Source: Bacteroidaceae bacterium (GTDB taxonomy: Bacteria > Bacteroidota > Bacteroidia > Bacteroidales > Barnesiellaceae_A). From it: DNA of 64,000 nt. Below, piece by piece: positions 8,811 through 17,905 of the stretch. The DNA lies in NCBI GenBank assembly GCA_017410245.1, contig JAFQRE010000043.1:3346-67345 (forward strand), read 5' to 3'. A program made the position numbers and the translations under genes. The notes under the pieces are model-generated. The model saw nothing but the letters and a program-made list of their open reading frames with translations. It made no database searches and was not told the origin of the DNA. How positions within the stretch are numbered: the stretch's first letter is position 1; each line of letters starts with the position of its first letter.

Positions 8811-9539
8811 ATGCAACAATATATACATAAAATATTTATAGTCATACTGCTCGCCATATTGAGTAGCAGTGTGTCGTATGCCCAAGAGGAGGCCGAAACC
8901 ATACTTCCCGACTTTGCACAGATACAACGCGAAGTCAATGACCCTCTATCGGAGTATTACTACCCCAAGCTGATGGCCAAATACAACTCTACCGACACTA
9001 CTATGACGCTCGAAGAGTATCGTTACTACTACTTGGGCTACACCTTTCAGGAGGATTACAACCCTTATCGTCGCTCGGAGTATGCCCACCAGATAGACCA
9101 CCTCTACAAACAGGGTCGTGAGCTGAGTGTGGCCGAATATGAGAACCTGATAAAGTTTGCCAAGCAAAGCCTCAATGACGATCCCTTCGACCTGCGCCAA
9201 ATCAACATATTGGTATATGCCCTGAAAGGCATAAACCGCCATAAGGAGGCTGCGATATGGCAATATCGCCTCGACCACATCATCGATGCCATATTGAGTA
9301 CAGGCGATGGCATGACCCCCGAGACTGCATGGCATGTGATATATCCCACACACGAATACATCATACTCAACTGTCTGGGTATGAAAGGAGTAGACTTTGT
9401 ATTTGTAGAGCCGTTCTACGACTATATAGAGATAGAAGAGAATAATCGCCGCATCGAGGGCTTCTACTTCAACGTTGAGCGTATATTAGATGTGTATGAG
9501 ATGAAGTACTGCTATGAAGAGGGCGATGAGATAGAATAA
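8811..9539 (+). CDS. secreted hypothetical protein (DUF4919-like, from memory)
   Basis: Signal peptide IFIVILLAILSSSVSYAQ, then a helical Y/E-rich protein (SEYYYPKLMAKYNSTDTTMTLEEYRYYYLGY). The ORF is clean with its own promoter box. Confidence 0.8.
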   Translation: MQQYIHKIFIVILLAILSSSVSYAQEEAETILPDFAQIQREVNDPLSEYYYPKLMAKYNSTDTTMTLEEYRYYYLGYTFQEDYNPYRRSEYAHQIDHLYKQGRELSVAEYENLIKFAKQSLNDDPFDLRQINILVYALKGINRHKEAAIWQYRLDHIIDAILSTGDGMTPETAWHVIYPTHEYIILNCLGMKGVDFVFVEPFYDYIEIEENNRRIEGFYFNVERILDVYEMKYCYEEGDEIE

Positions 9540-9566
9540 TTAATAACCAAATAACTACGAAAAACG

Positions 9567-10139
9567 ATGAAAATAGAAAAAGGTAAATGGGTAGAACTAC
9601 AATATGAGTTATACGCCTTCAGCGACGGAGAGTCGGAGGAGTTGATGTTCAGCACCGAGGAAGAAGCTCCCGAATGTTTTGTATATGGCATAGACGAGGC
9701 CGTAGTGCCCAAGTTTATGGAGCGCATAGCCGGTCTTGAGGCTGGCGAGAAGTTCGACTTCACACTTGCTGTTGAAGATGCTTTCGGTCCTCGCACTCAA
9801 GAGCACGTGATGAAACTCGACCGCGAAGTCTTTGCCGGCGAAGATGGCGAGATAGACAAGCGCGTATTTCCCGGCGCACAAATACCTATGCGCACCACCG
9901 AAGGTGCTATCGTGTATGGTATAGTGCTGATGATAGAGAAAGATGGTGTAACACTCGACTTCAACCACCCCCTTGCCGGCGAGAACCTTCACTACAAAGG
10001 CGAAGTGAAAGTTGTGCGTGATGCGACAGAGGAGGAACTCAATCCCAAGCACGGTTGCTGCGGCTGTGGCAGTCATGGCTGTGGCGATGGTGGTTGCAAT
10101 GACGGCTGTTGCGATGGTTGCGACGGTGGTTGCAACTAA
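9567..10139 (+). CDS. slyD: FKBP-type peptidyl-prolyl cis-trans isomerase, SlyD-like, with a Cys/Gly-rich metal-binding tail
   Basis: MKIEKGKWVELQYELY..., LEAGEKFDFTL..EDAFGPR and DFNHPLAGENLHYKGEVKVVRDAT are SlyD FKBP plus IF-domain signatures. The tail is HGCCGCGSHGCGDGGCNDGCCDGCDGGCN. Confidence 0.85.
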   Translation: MKIEKGKWVELQYELYAFSDGESEELMFSTEEEAPECFVYGIDEAVVPKFMERIAGLEAGEKFDFTLAVEDAFGPRTQEHVMKLDREVFAGEDGEIDKRVFPGAQIPMRTTEGAIVYGIVLMIEKDGVTLDFNHPLAGENLHYKGEVKVVRDATEEELNPKHGCCGCGSHGCGDGGCNDGCCDGCDGGCN

Positions 10140-10165
10140 TAATTTTTCAACTCCATAGAAAAAAT

Positions 10166-10201
10166 AAGGTCTTTGGTGTCAAGTTGCACACCAAAGACCT
10201 T
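10166..10201. terminator. stem-loop terminator after slyD
   Basis: A 14-bp perfect stem: AAGGTCTTTGGTGT (10166-10179) pairs with ACACCAAAGACCTT (10188-10201). The T-tract is weak. Confidence 0.6.
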
Positions 10202-10214
10202 GATATATACCCAC

Positions 10215-11720
10215 ATGAGAAGCGAGGCCACAAGAGGTGCCATATATAACTATATCAACCTGATACTCATCGTTGTAACAGGTATGGTACTCACGCCCTT
10301 TGTCATACGACACCTGGGAGCTTCGCAATATGGACTCTACTCGCTATCGGCTGCTATCCTACCCTACCTTGCCCTACTCGATATGGGTATGAGCAGAACC
10401 ATCACCCGGTATATAGCCCGATACAGAAATGAGCACGACACAGATGGCGAAATGCGCTTCCTGGCAGCTTGCTCATATATCTACATTGCCATCATACTCG
10501 TTATAGCGATAAGCGGAGCTATACTCTACCATTACAGCAACAGCATCTGGAGTCATCGTTTCACAACAGAGGAGTTGCAAGATGTGCAACAGATGATAGG
10601 CATCATCGTTATGGCTCACGTTGTCATTATTCCCGGCAATGCCTTCACCGCTATATGCAATGGTAGTGGATTATTTGCCTTTCCCCGAGCCATACAACCC
10701 ATCAAGCTCGTGCTGCGTGTAGTGGGGGTGATAATATTGCTACTCTGCGGCACACAAGCCACAGCACTTATTATGCTCGAAATGGCACTGAGCGTTGTTG
10801 TAGCCATAGCTACAGCCCTATATGTGATAAGCAAGAGGCATTACCACACATTCTCGTGGCAAACGGCAACCGACCTACGTCCCATCATCGGTTATAGTGG
10901 CTGGATAGCCCTATATGCCATCACTATAGCCCTGCAATGGAATATGGGCACACTCGTAGCCGGCATGCACTTCGACCCCTCAACAGTGGGCATTGTGGGT
11001 ATAGGCATCATGATAGGCAACATCTATGGCTACATAGCCGAGACCATCAACCGCATGACACTACCCCGAGCTACACGACTGATGGCGCACAACCCATCGG
11101 GCAAGAGGACTACCGATGGTATGATAGAGGTAGGCCGCCTGATAGCGATAGCACAATGGGCCGTTATAGGTGCATTTCTGCTCTTCGGACAAAGTTTCCT
11201 GACCCTATGGGCCGGAGAGAGTTACCAGCCGGCCTATTACATAGCCCTCGCCATCATGCTATCGTGGCAGATACAGCAATCGCAAGACTTCGGAAATGCT
11301 CTTATAGAGGCAAGTGGTGAGGTACGCACCCTTTCGGTCATCAATTTTATTGCTATCTTTGCGGGTGTCATCGCATCATACTTTGCATCACAATGTTGGG
11401 GTATTGCCGGATTGATAGGCTCATTGACCGGAGGTACTATTGTTGCTACGATAGCCAATAATATCTACTATAGATATCGATTGCATATGCAAGTAGGCAG
11501 GTATTTTACCCAAGTATATGTAAGACTTATATGTGCAACTGCCTCGTGGGTGACAATATTATGGTTTATGATGCAGATGCTCGGCTACAGCACAACGTGG
11601 TGGTGCTTGCTTGCAGGTATTGCACTATACCTCATAGGATATGTCATTATAACATATACCTGTGTGCTCACTCCGACCGAACGACAAATAGTAAAAAATT
11701 ATGTGCGTCCACACAGATAG
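10215..11720 (+). CDS. oligosaccharide/polysaccharide flippase (MOP superfamily, Wzx-like)
   Basis: Start is at MRSEATRGAIYNYINLILIVVTGMVLTPFVIRHLGASQYGLYSL (ATG 10215, after the slyD hairpin). It has about 12-14 TM helices and the typical Wzx N-terminus. Confidence 0.8.
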   Translation: MRSEATRGAIYNYINLILIVVTGMVLTPFVIRHLGASQYGLYSLSAAILPYLALLDMGMSRTITRYIARYRNEHDTDGEMRFLAACSYIYIAIILVIAISGAILYHYSNSIWSHRFTTEELQDVQQMIGIIVMAHVVIIPGNAFTAICNGSGLFAFPRAIQPIKLVLRVVGVIILLLCGTQATALIMLEMALSVVVAIATALYVISKRHYHTFSWQTATDLRPIIGYSGWIALYAITIALQWNMGTLVAGMHFDPSTVGIVGIGIMIGNIYGYIAETINRMTLPRATRLMAHNPSGKRTTDGMIEVGRLIAIAQWAVIGAFLLFGQSFLTLWAGESYQPAYYIALAIMLSWQIQQSQDFGNALIEASGEVRTLSVINFIAIFAGVIASYFASQCWGIAGLIGSLTGGTIVATIANNIYYRYRLHMQVGRYFTQVYVRLICATASWVTILWFMMQMLGYSTTWWCLLAGIALYLIGYVIITYTCVLTPTERQIVKNYVRPHR

Positions 11721-12561
11721 CAATATAGAGAGAGATACCCCCACCGTATCGGTAGTAATGGGTGTATATAACAGCGCGACAACATTGCGAGAGGCTGTTG
11801 CATCGATTATATGCCAAAGCTATACAGACTGGGAACTAATCATCTGTGACGATGCCTCGAGCGACGGCAGCTACCATCTTGCGTGCCAATTGGCACAAGA
11901 GGATAGCCGCATCAGAGTCCTCCGCAACAATCGTAACGCCGGGTGCAATGTGGTACTGAACCGTTGCATAGAAGAGGCTCGGGGAGGCTACATTGCCATC
12001 ATGGATAGCGACGATATATCGCTACCCACACGTCTCGAGAAAGAGGTAAACTTCTTGGACAGCAACAGCGAGTATAGCATTGTAGGCTCGGCCATTGCGC
12101 ACTTTGACAACAACGGAGAGTATATGACAATGCACTACCACTCCAAGCCTCAGCCCCATCACTTCGCTTACGGCATACCTCACGCACACCCCACTTGCAT
12201 GATGCGACGCGAGGCAATAGTGACAGTGGGTATGTACCTACAGCACAAGCAGATGCAACGTGTCGAGGACTACTACCTGCAAGCACGTATGTATGCAGCC
12301 GGGTATAGAGGATATAACCTGCAAGAGGTATTGTTGCAATATCGTGATGACGGCAGTGCTTACGCACGACGCTCCTGGCAAAATCGCCTCAACGAAGTAT
12401 ATACCTACAACAAAGCTATAGGGCTGTTACACCTTTCACCCATACTACACATTGTACCGCTACGCCACCTGCTTGTAGGCCTACTCCCCCGCCCCCTTTA
12501 TCAATATCTGCACCGTCGCCCATGGCAACATCACAGGAATAAACAACTACATCAGAAATAG
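11701..12561 (+). CDS. family 2 glycosyltransferase
   Basis: VSVVMGVYNSATTLREAVASIICQSYTDWELIICDDASSDGS and IAIMDSDDIS (DxD) are GT2 hallmarks. The start overlaps the flippase stop by 20 nt. Confidence 0.85.
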   Translation: MCVHTDSNIERDTPTVSVVMGVYNSATTLREAVASIICQSYTDWELIICDDASSDGSYHLACQLAQEDSRIRVLRNNRNAGCNVVLNRCIEEARGGYIAIMDSDDISLPTRLEKEVNFLDSNSEYSIVGSAIAHFDNNGEYMTMHYHSKPQPHHFAYGIPHAHPTCMMRREAIVTVGMYLQHKQMQRVEDYYLQARMYAAGYRGYNLQEVLLQYRDDGSAYARRSWQNRLNEVYTYNKAIGLLHLSPILHIVPLRHLLVGLLPRPLYQYLHRRPWQHHRNKQLHQK

Positions 12562-13052
12562 TTGCAAGGTCTTTTAGCTGCACCATACGCCATGAAAACA
12601 TCATGACGAACGGCCGAGATGGCAGCCTGATGCAACTGCATTTGTTGTGCTGCCACATCGGGCAACTTATACTCATACCAACGTGCCAACACAAAAGTGA
12701 CTATAGCTCTTTGCAACTCATGCAAGAGCAGTGCATCAATCCCATGGTTACGCCCATCGGGCATTCTTAGCACCACTGTTAAGGGGTCGGCAACACACTG
12801 TGAACTATCGCAGAGATAGGCCGACAAGGCAGAGTAGATATTGGCAAAAGCATTCTTAAGCTCCATCGATACAAACTCGGCAACATCTTCCGATAGAATA
12901 AGTTGCGCCACCGAGTTTTTCTCGGGCATGGCAGTATATAGCGAATGAGCAATATAGGAACTCTCGGCTCGCAATTGTTTCAGCAAAGAGTCGGAGGTAA
13001 AGGCAAAAGAGACCTCCTGAAGGGTAGTTTCATTGTTATTCATCACACACAT
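12552..13052 (-). CDS. hypothetical acidic protein (166 aa), second gene of a coupled two-gene cassette
   Basis: Clean ORF; ATG at 13052 or 13043 overlaps the stop of the upstream gene (13036-13038). I recognise no signal peptide, TM segment or motif. Confidence 0.65.
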   Translation of the reverse strand: MCVMNNNETTLQEVSFAFTSDSLLKQLRAESSYIAHSLYTAMPEKNSVAQLILSEDVAEFVSMELKNAFANIYSALSAYLCDSSQCVADPLTVVLRMPDGRNHGIDALLLHELQRAIVTFVLARWYEYKLPDVAAQQMQLHQAAISAVRHDVFMAYGAAKRPCNYF

Positions 13053-13494
13053 TTTTCAATAGTTTTTTACGGTTTTCGATACGACGCTTACGCATCAAAG
13101 TACACAAACGGTTGTAGGCACTCTTCTCGCTGATATAGAAACGAGGCGCCTGATACTCCGACAAAACAGCCATCAACGCACCGTTGAAGTCATCGGCATA
13201 ACGAGGGTGCCGGCGCTGATAGGCCATGGTGAGTCGGGCAATGTCGGCATACATCTGCCTCTTGAGTTTATTATGGCAATCGGGCAATCTACCCCGCAAC
13301 AAAGCACTCACGTTGCGGCGAGCCATTTCGTAGGTAATATAAAATTTAGGCGCAGGCGAATGCACCACCTGTGCAACCAAGTCGCGCGGGGAAATCAGTA
13401 GCGACTTTACCCCGCACTCCCTTATAAGGCGGTCATAGGCAGCAAGAAGGTCACGCTCAAAATCGTTTTGGAAATACATTTTCATCACAAGCAT
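13036..13494 (-). CDS. hypothetical basic protein (152 aa) with an internal duplicated AP[KR]FYI[TS] motif
   Basis: Three candidate ATGs (13494, 13485, 13479) lie downstream of a TATCTTTG box. It is R/K-rich. Repeats are LVAQVVHSPAPKFYITYEMARRNVSALLRGR and LMAVLSEYQAPRFYISEKSAYNRLCTLMRKR. Confidence 0.65.
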   Translation of the reverse strand: MLVMKMYFQNDFERDLLAAYDRLIRECGVKSLLISPRDLVAQVVHSPAPKFYITYEMARRNVSALLRGRLPDCHNKLKRQMYADIARLTMAYQRRHPRYADDFNGALMAVLSEYQAPRFYISEKSAYNRLCTLMRKRRIENRKKLLKNVCDE

Positions 13495-13535
13495 TATTTT
13501 TATAATTACACAATTGTCACACAGAGTAACAGGTG

Positions 13536-13543
13536 CAAAGATA
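13536..13543 (-). promoter_or_regulatory. putative -7 promoter box for the 152-aa/166-aa cassette
   Basis: The minus strand reads TATCTTTG, 42 nt upstream of ATG 13494. Confidence 0.45.
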
Positions 13544-13658
13544 GTTCAAGATGGTAGTTTTACCAAATATTTTAAGGTATTTTTACCATATATTTTATTT
13601 TTAAAATCTATAAGATTAAAAAAGAGTTGTTTAACACTCATATTTCATAAAAAAACAC

Positions 13659-13666
13659 TACATTTG
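13659..13666 (+). promoter_or_regulatory. putative -7 promoter box for the GSCFA / murF-alr unit
   Basis: TACATTTG lies 22 nt upstream of ATG 13688. Confidence 0.45.
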
Positions 13667-13687
13667 AACAACGTAAAGCATAAACCA

Positions 13688-14680
13688 ATGAAATGGACAA
13701 CACCTATCACCATTAAAGAAGCAAAAGGCTACCTTCATCACGGAAGCCCCATACTCTCTGTTGGTTCATGCTTTGCCGACCACGTAGCCGACTACTTGTC
13801 TAAAGCCAAGTTTGACATAGTGCAAAACCCCTTTGGCACGCTATACAACCCCGAGTCGATAGCCATGGCGTTGCAACGACTCATGAGTGGTACTCCATAC
13901 ACCCAAGAGGAGCTATCGAAGAGTGGTAATTTATGGTATTCCTACCATCATCATGGTAAATTCTCGCAAACATCGGCCGATGCAACCCTGCAACACATCA
14001 ACAAGGCATTTACCGAGGGAGCCGAGATATTGCCTCGTTGCGAGCGACTCATCATCACCTTTGGCACATCGTATGTGTACCGACTGGCAAGCAACGGCAT
14101 GACCGTAGCCAATTGTCATAAGCAACCGGCCACGCTCTTCACACGCACCCGCCTGCAAGTAGATGAGATAGTGTCGCTATGGGAGCCATTGTTGCAACAA
14201 ATAGGCCAATATGCACCATCGTGCAAAGTACTGTTTACGGTAAGCCCTATCAGACACCTCAGTGACGGTGCTCACGAAAACCAACTGAGCAAATCGACCC
14301 TACTACTTGCTATAGATGCTCTATGCAAGTGCTACAGCGATATGTGCAACTATTTCCCGGCCTACGAGATAGTGCTCGATGAACTTCGCGACTACCGTTT
14401 CTACGCCGAAGATATGGCGCACCCCTCGGCTCAAGCCATAGCATATGTGTGCCAAAGACTGGCCGATAGCTACTTTACCGATACAACTTGCACCATAGCC
14501 GAGGAGTGCTTGAAAATAAATCGCAGCATGCAACATCGCCCCCTGAATGGCACAGATAACGACAATTATAGAAAATTCTTAAACTCGCTCATAGACAAGA
14601 TGCAACAGATTGCAGAGAGATACCCTGTTGTATCATTTCAACAAGAAATAGAAATAGTGAAACAAAAATTATTGCAATAA
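13688..14680 (+). CDS. GSCFA domain-containing protein
   Basis: Start is at MKWTTPITI (ATG 13688) in ORF 13514..14680. It contains the eponymous motif ILSVGSCFADHVA. Confidence 0.85.
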   Translation: MKWTTPITIKEAKGYLHHGSPILSVGSCFADHVADYLSKAKFDIVQNPFGTLYNPESIAMALQRLMSGTPYTQEELSKSGNLWYSYHHHGKFSQTSADATLQHINKAFTEGAEILPRCERLIITFGTSYVYRLASNGMTVANCHKQPATLFTRTRLQVDEIVSLWEPLLQQIGQYAPSCKVLFTVSPIRHLSDGAHENQLSKSTLLLAIDALCKCYSDMCNYFPAYEIVLDELRDYRFYAEDMAHPSAQAIAYVCQRLADSYFTDTTCTIAEECLKINRSMQHRPLNGTDNDNYRKFLNSLIDKMQQIAERYPVVSFQQEIEIVKQKLLQ

Positions 14681-14684
14681 GACA

Positions 14685-17153
14685 ATGAATTATACGACCT
14701 CACAAATAGCCACTATCGTCAAGGCATCGCTCACCCTGCGCCACGACAATACTATATCGGTACTGCTTACCGACAGCCGCTCTTTGACATTTCCCGAAGA
14801 GAGCATCTTCTTTGCACTCGTTACCGAACGAAACGATGGTCACAGATATATCAAAGAACTATATGACAAGGGCGTACGCGACTTTGTCATCAACTATATG
14901 CCAAGTGAGTCCGAAGATATGCCCGAGGCCAACTTCTTGCAAGTATCCAACACATTGGTAGCCATGCAGATGTTGGCTGCGCACCACCGTCGTGAGTTCT
15001 CCATTCCGGTAATAGGCATAACCGGCAGCAATGGTAAGACATCGGTAAAAGAGTGGCTATACCAGCTACTGCAAGAGGACTACAACATAGTGCGCTCACC
15101 TCGTAGCTACAACTCACAGACCGGTGTGCCCCTGTCGGTGTGGCAATTGAACGAGAAAACCGAGTTGGCTCTCTTTGAAGCCGGTATATCACGCCCCGAC
15201 GAGATGCACCGCCTCGAAGAGATAATTCACCCCACTATAGGTATTATTACCAACATAGGCGATGCACACCAAGAGGGATTTGCCTCGATACAGCAAAAGT
15301 GTATGGAGAAACTGACACTGCTGCAAGGTTGCGACTACATCATCTATGATGGCGATAACGAAATCATACGCGACTGCGTAGAGAAGCGCTGCCTGGGCGC
15401 ATACGAAATAGCATGGTCGCGCAAGGACCGTGACAAACCATTGTATATATCGGCAATAGAGAAAGGCGAGAACAGTACCCTCATACGCTACACCTACCTG
15501 CAATATCTGCTTGAGGTGACAATACCCTATACCGATGATGCTTCGATTCAAAATGCCATTCATTGTTTGGCCATCATGCTCTACCTCAACATAGACCATG
15601 ATGTGATACGCCAACGCATGCTACAACTTGAGCCATTGGCTATGCGCATGGAGGTCAAGGAGGGCAATAACAACTGCCTCATCATCAACGACAGCTACAA
15701 CAGCGATATGGACTCGCTCACAATAGCACTCGACTTCCAAGCCCGACGTGCAGCCAATGGCAACATCAAACGCACCCTCATTCTATCCGATATATTCCAG
15801 ACAGGCTTACCCCCTGCAGCACTCTATCGCAAAGTATCGGATTTGCTCAAACGCAAAGGAATAGAACGGTTGATAGGTATAGGCCCTATTATATCGGATA
15901 ATGCATATCTGTTTGACATAGATAAAGAGTTCTACGCAAGCACCCGAGAGTTTACCGAGGCACTAACCCCCAATATGTTCCACAATGAACTGATACTCAT
16001 TAAGGGAGCACGCGACTTCCACTTCGAACTCATATCGGAGGCATTGGAGCTGAAGCAACACGAAACCATCTTGGAGGTCAATCTTGATGCGTTGGTAGAA
16101 AATCTCAATCACTACCGCAGTAAACTCCACCCCGACACCAAGGTTGTGTGCATGGTGAAGGCATTCGGTTACGGAGCAGGCTCTTACGAGATAGCCAAAA
16201 CGCTGCAAGAGCATGGTGTTGATTACCTGGCTGTTGCAGTGGCCGATGAAGGTGCCGAGCTGCGCAAGGCAGGTATAACAATGCCCATCATTGTCATGAA
16301 CCCCGAAATGAGCAGTTTCCGCACCTTGTTTAGCTACCGCCTTGAGCCGGAGATATACAGCTTCAACTTGCTGAACGCACTTCTTGCCGAGGGCGAGAAA
16401 TTGGGAGTATCGGGCTATCCTATACACATCAAAATTGACTCAGGCATGCACCGTTTGGGCTTCACCGAAAATCAGATTGATGACCTCACTCAGATACTGC
16501 AGTCGCAAATAGTGTTGATGACACGTTCGGTATTCTCGCACCTATCGGGTAGCGACGAAGCACAACACGATGCCTACACACAACAACAAGTGGCCACATT
16601 CAATAGATGTGCCGACAAGATACAGAATGCCTCGAAACACAAAGTACTGCGCCACATACTCAACACTGCCGGCATAGCACGATTTAGTGAGTATCAGATG
16701 GATATGGTGCGTCTGGGCATAGGTCTATACGGTGTATCGCCTACCGATGACAATCAGGGATTGCGCCCTGTAAGCACCCTCAAGACAACAATACTGCAAA
16801 TACACGAGTATGAGGCAGGCGACACCATTGGCTACGGTCGTCATGGAGTACTCAACCGTCGCTCACGCATTGCCGCCATTCCCATCGGATATGCCGATGG
16901 TTTCGACCGCCGTCTGGGCAACGGTCGCGGAGAGGTGCTGGTGAATGGGCATCGCGCCCCCATTGTGGGCAATGTGTGCATGGATATATGTATGATAGAT
17001 GTCACAGATATACCTTGCAACGAGGGTGATAGAGTAGAGATTTTTGGAGAGAATCTGCCCGTACAGAATATATCGAAAAACCTTGATACTATACCCTATG
17101 AGATACTCACATCTATATCGAACAGAGTAAAGAGAGTATATTACAGAGAGTAG
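14685..17153 (+). CDS. bifunctional UDP-N-acetylmuramoyl-tripeptide--D-alanyl-D-alanine ligase (MurF) / alanine racemase (Alr)
   Basis: The N-terminal half has the Mur ligase P-loop GITGSNGKTSVKEW. The C-terminal half has the Alr PLP site VVCMVKAFGYGAGS plus GYADGF and NVCMD. This fusion is known in Bacteroidota. Confidence 0.9.
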   Translation: MNYTTSQIATIVKASLTLRHDNTISVLLTDSRSLTFPEESIFFALVTERNDGHRYIKELYDKGVRDFVINYMPSESEDMPEANFLQVSNTLVAMQMLAAHHRREFSIPVIGITGSNGKTSVKEWLYQLLQEDYNIVRSPRSYNSQTGVPLSVWQLNEKTELALFEAGISRPDEMHRLEEIIHPTIGIITNIGDAHQEGFASIQQKCMEKLTLLQGCDYIIYDGDNEIIRDCVEKRCLGAYEIAWSRKDRDKPLYISAIEKGENSTLIRYTYLQYLLEVTIPYTDDASIQNAIHCLAIMLYLNIDHDVIRQRMLQLEPLAMRMEVKEGNNNCLIINDSYNSDMDSLTIALDFQARRAANGNIKRTLILSDIFQTGLPPAALYRKVSDLLKRKGIERLIGIGPIISDNAYLFDIDKEFYASTREFTEALTPNMFHNELILIKGARDFHFELISEALELKQHETILEVNLDALVENLNHYRSKLHPDTKVVCMVKAFGYGAGSYEIAKTLQEHGVDYLAVAVADEGAELRKAGITMPIIVMNPEMSSFRTLFSYRLEPEIYSFNLLNALLAEGEKLGVSGYPIHIKIDSGMHRLGFTENQIDDLTQILQSQIVLMTRSVFSHLSGSDEAQHDAYTQQQVATFNRCADKIQNASKHKVLRHILNTAGIARFSEYQMDMVRLGIGLYGVSPTDDNQGLRPVSTLKTTILQIHEYEAGDTIGYGRHGVLNRRSRIAAIPIGYADGFDRRLGNGRGEVLVNGHRAPIVGNVCMDICMIDVTDIPCNEGDRVEIFGENLPVQNISKNLDTIPYEILTSISNRVKRVYYRE

Positions 17154-17190
17154 AAACCCAACCCTAAAACGAGATATACATTAAAGATAT

Positions 17191-17832
17191 ATGGAATCAA
17201 TACCTTTTATACAATGGTGCATCGAAAACCTCAACGAATGGACCATCATATTATTGATGACGATAGAGAGCTCATTTATCCCCTTTCCATCGGAAATTGT
17301 AGTGCCCCCGGCAGCCTACTTTGGCGAAGTAAGTCTGATAATGGTGATAATATGCGCCACCATTGGAGCCGACTTGGGAGCCATCATAAACTACTTCCTG
17401 GCACAATGGATAGGTCGTCCGGTTGTATATAAATTTGCCGATAGTCGCATTGGCCATTTATGTCTGCTCAACTCCGACAAGATAGCCAAAGCCGAGGCAT
17501 TCTTCAACAAGCATGGTGTAATCTCCACATTGATAGGCCGTCTCGTACCCGGTGTGCGACAACTCATATCTATACCGGCCGGCTTGGCACGTATGCACTT
17601 TGGCAAGTTTATTCTCTACACCACAATAGGAGCCGGCTCATGGAATATTGTGTTGGCTCTTATAGGATATGGCCTACGCTCGGTTGTCAGCCCAGAACAA
17701 CTCAATGCCACAGTAAATGAGTTCAGCCACTACATCAAAATTGGTATATGGACTATATTGGCGATTGTTTTCCTATTCTTTGCCATTCGCTTCTTTACAC
17801 ACAAGAAGAAAGAGACTCAAACACAAGACTAA
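17191..17832 (+). CDS. DedA family membrane protein
   Basis: ESSFIPFPSEIVVPPAAY and GRLVPGVRQLISIPAG are DedA/SNARE-associated motifs. The protein is 213 aa and multi-pass. Confidence 0.85.
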   Translation: MESIPFIQWCIENLNEWTIILLMTIESSFIPFPSEIVVPPAAYFGEVSLIMVIICATIGADLGAIINYFLAQWIGRPVVYKFADSRIGHLCLLNSDKIAKAEAFFNKHGVISTLIGRLVPGVRQLISIPAGLARMHFGKFILYTTIGAGSWNIVLALIGYGLRSVVSPEQLNATVNEFSHYIKIGIWTILAIVFLFFAIRFFTHKKKETQTQD

Positions 17833-17854
17833 CTATAACTCTCACATAACAGAA

Positions 17855-17887
17855 AGGGCGTGCCAAAGTTTTTTTTTGACACGCCCT
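17855..17887. terminator. bidirectional terminator between dedA and galM
   Basis: AGGGCGTG (17855-17862) pairs with CACGCCCT (17880-17887). The loop contains a T9 run. Confidence 0.6.
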
Positions 17888-17905
17888 ATTAATGTTTGTA
17901 TATTA

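Noticed and set aside
12552-13494. The idea that the two small ORFs are UpxY/UpxZ-type capsule regulators, because a flippase and GT2 are adjacent.
   Set aside because: They are convergent with the glycosylation genes, not upstream of them. No NusG-N/KOW-like sequence is visible and the first protein does not start like UpxY. I kept them as unknowns.
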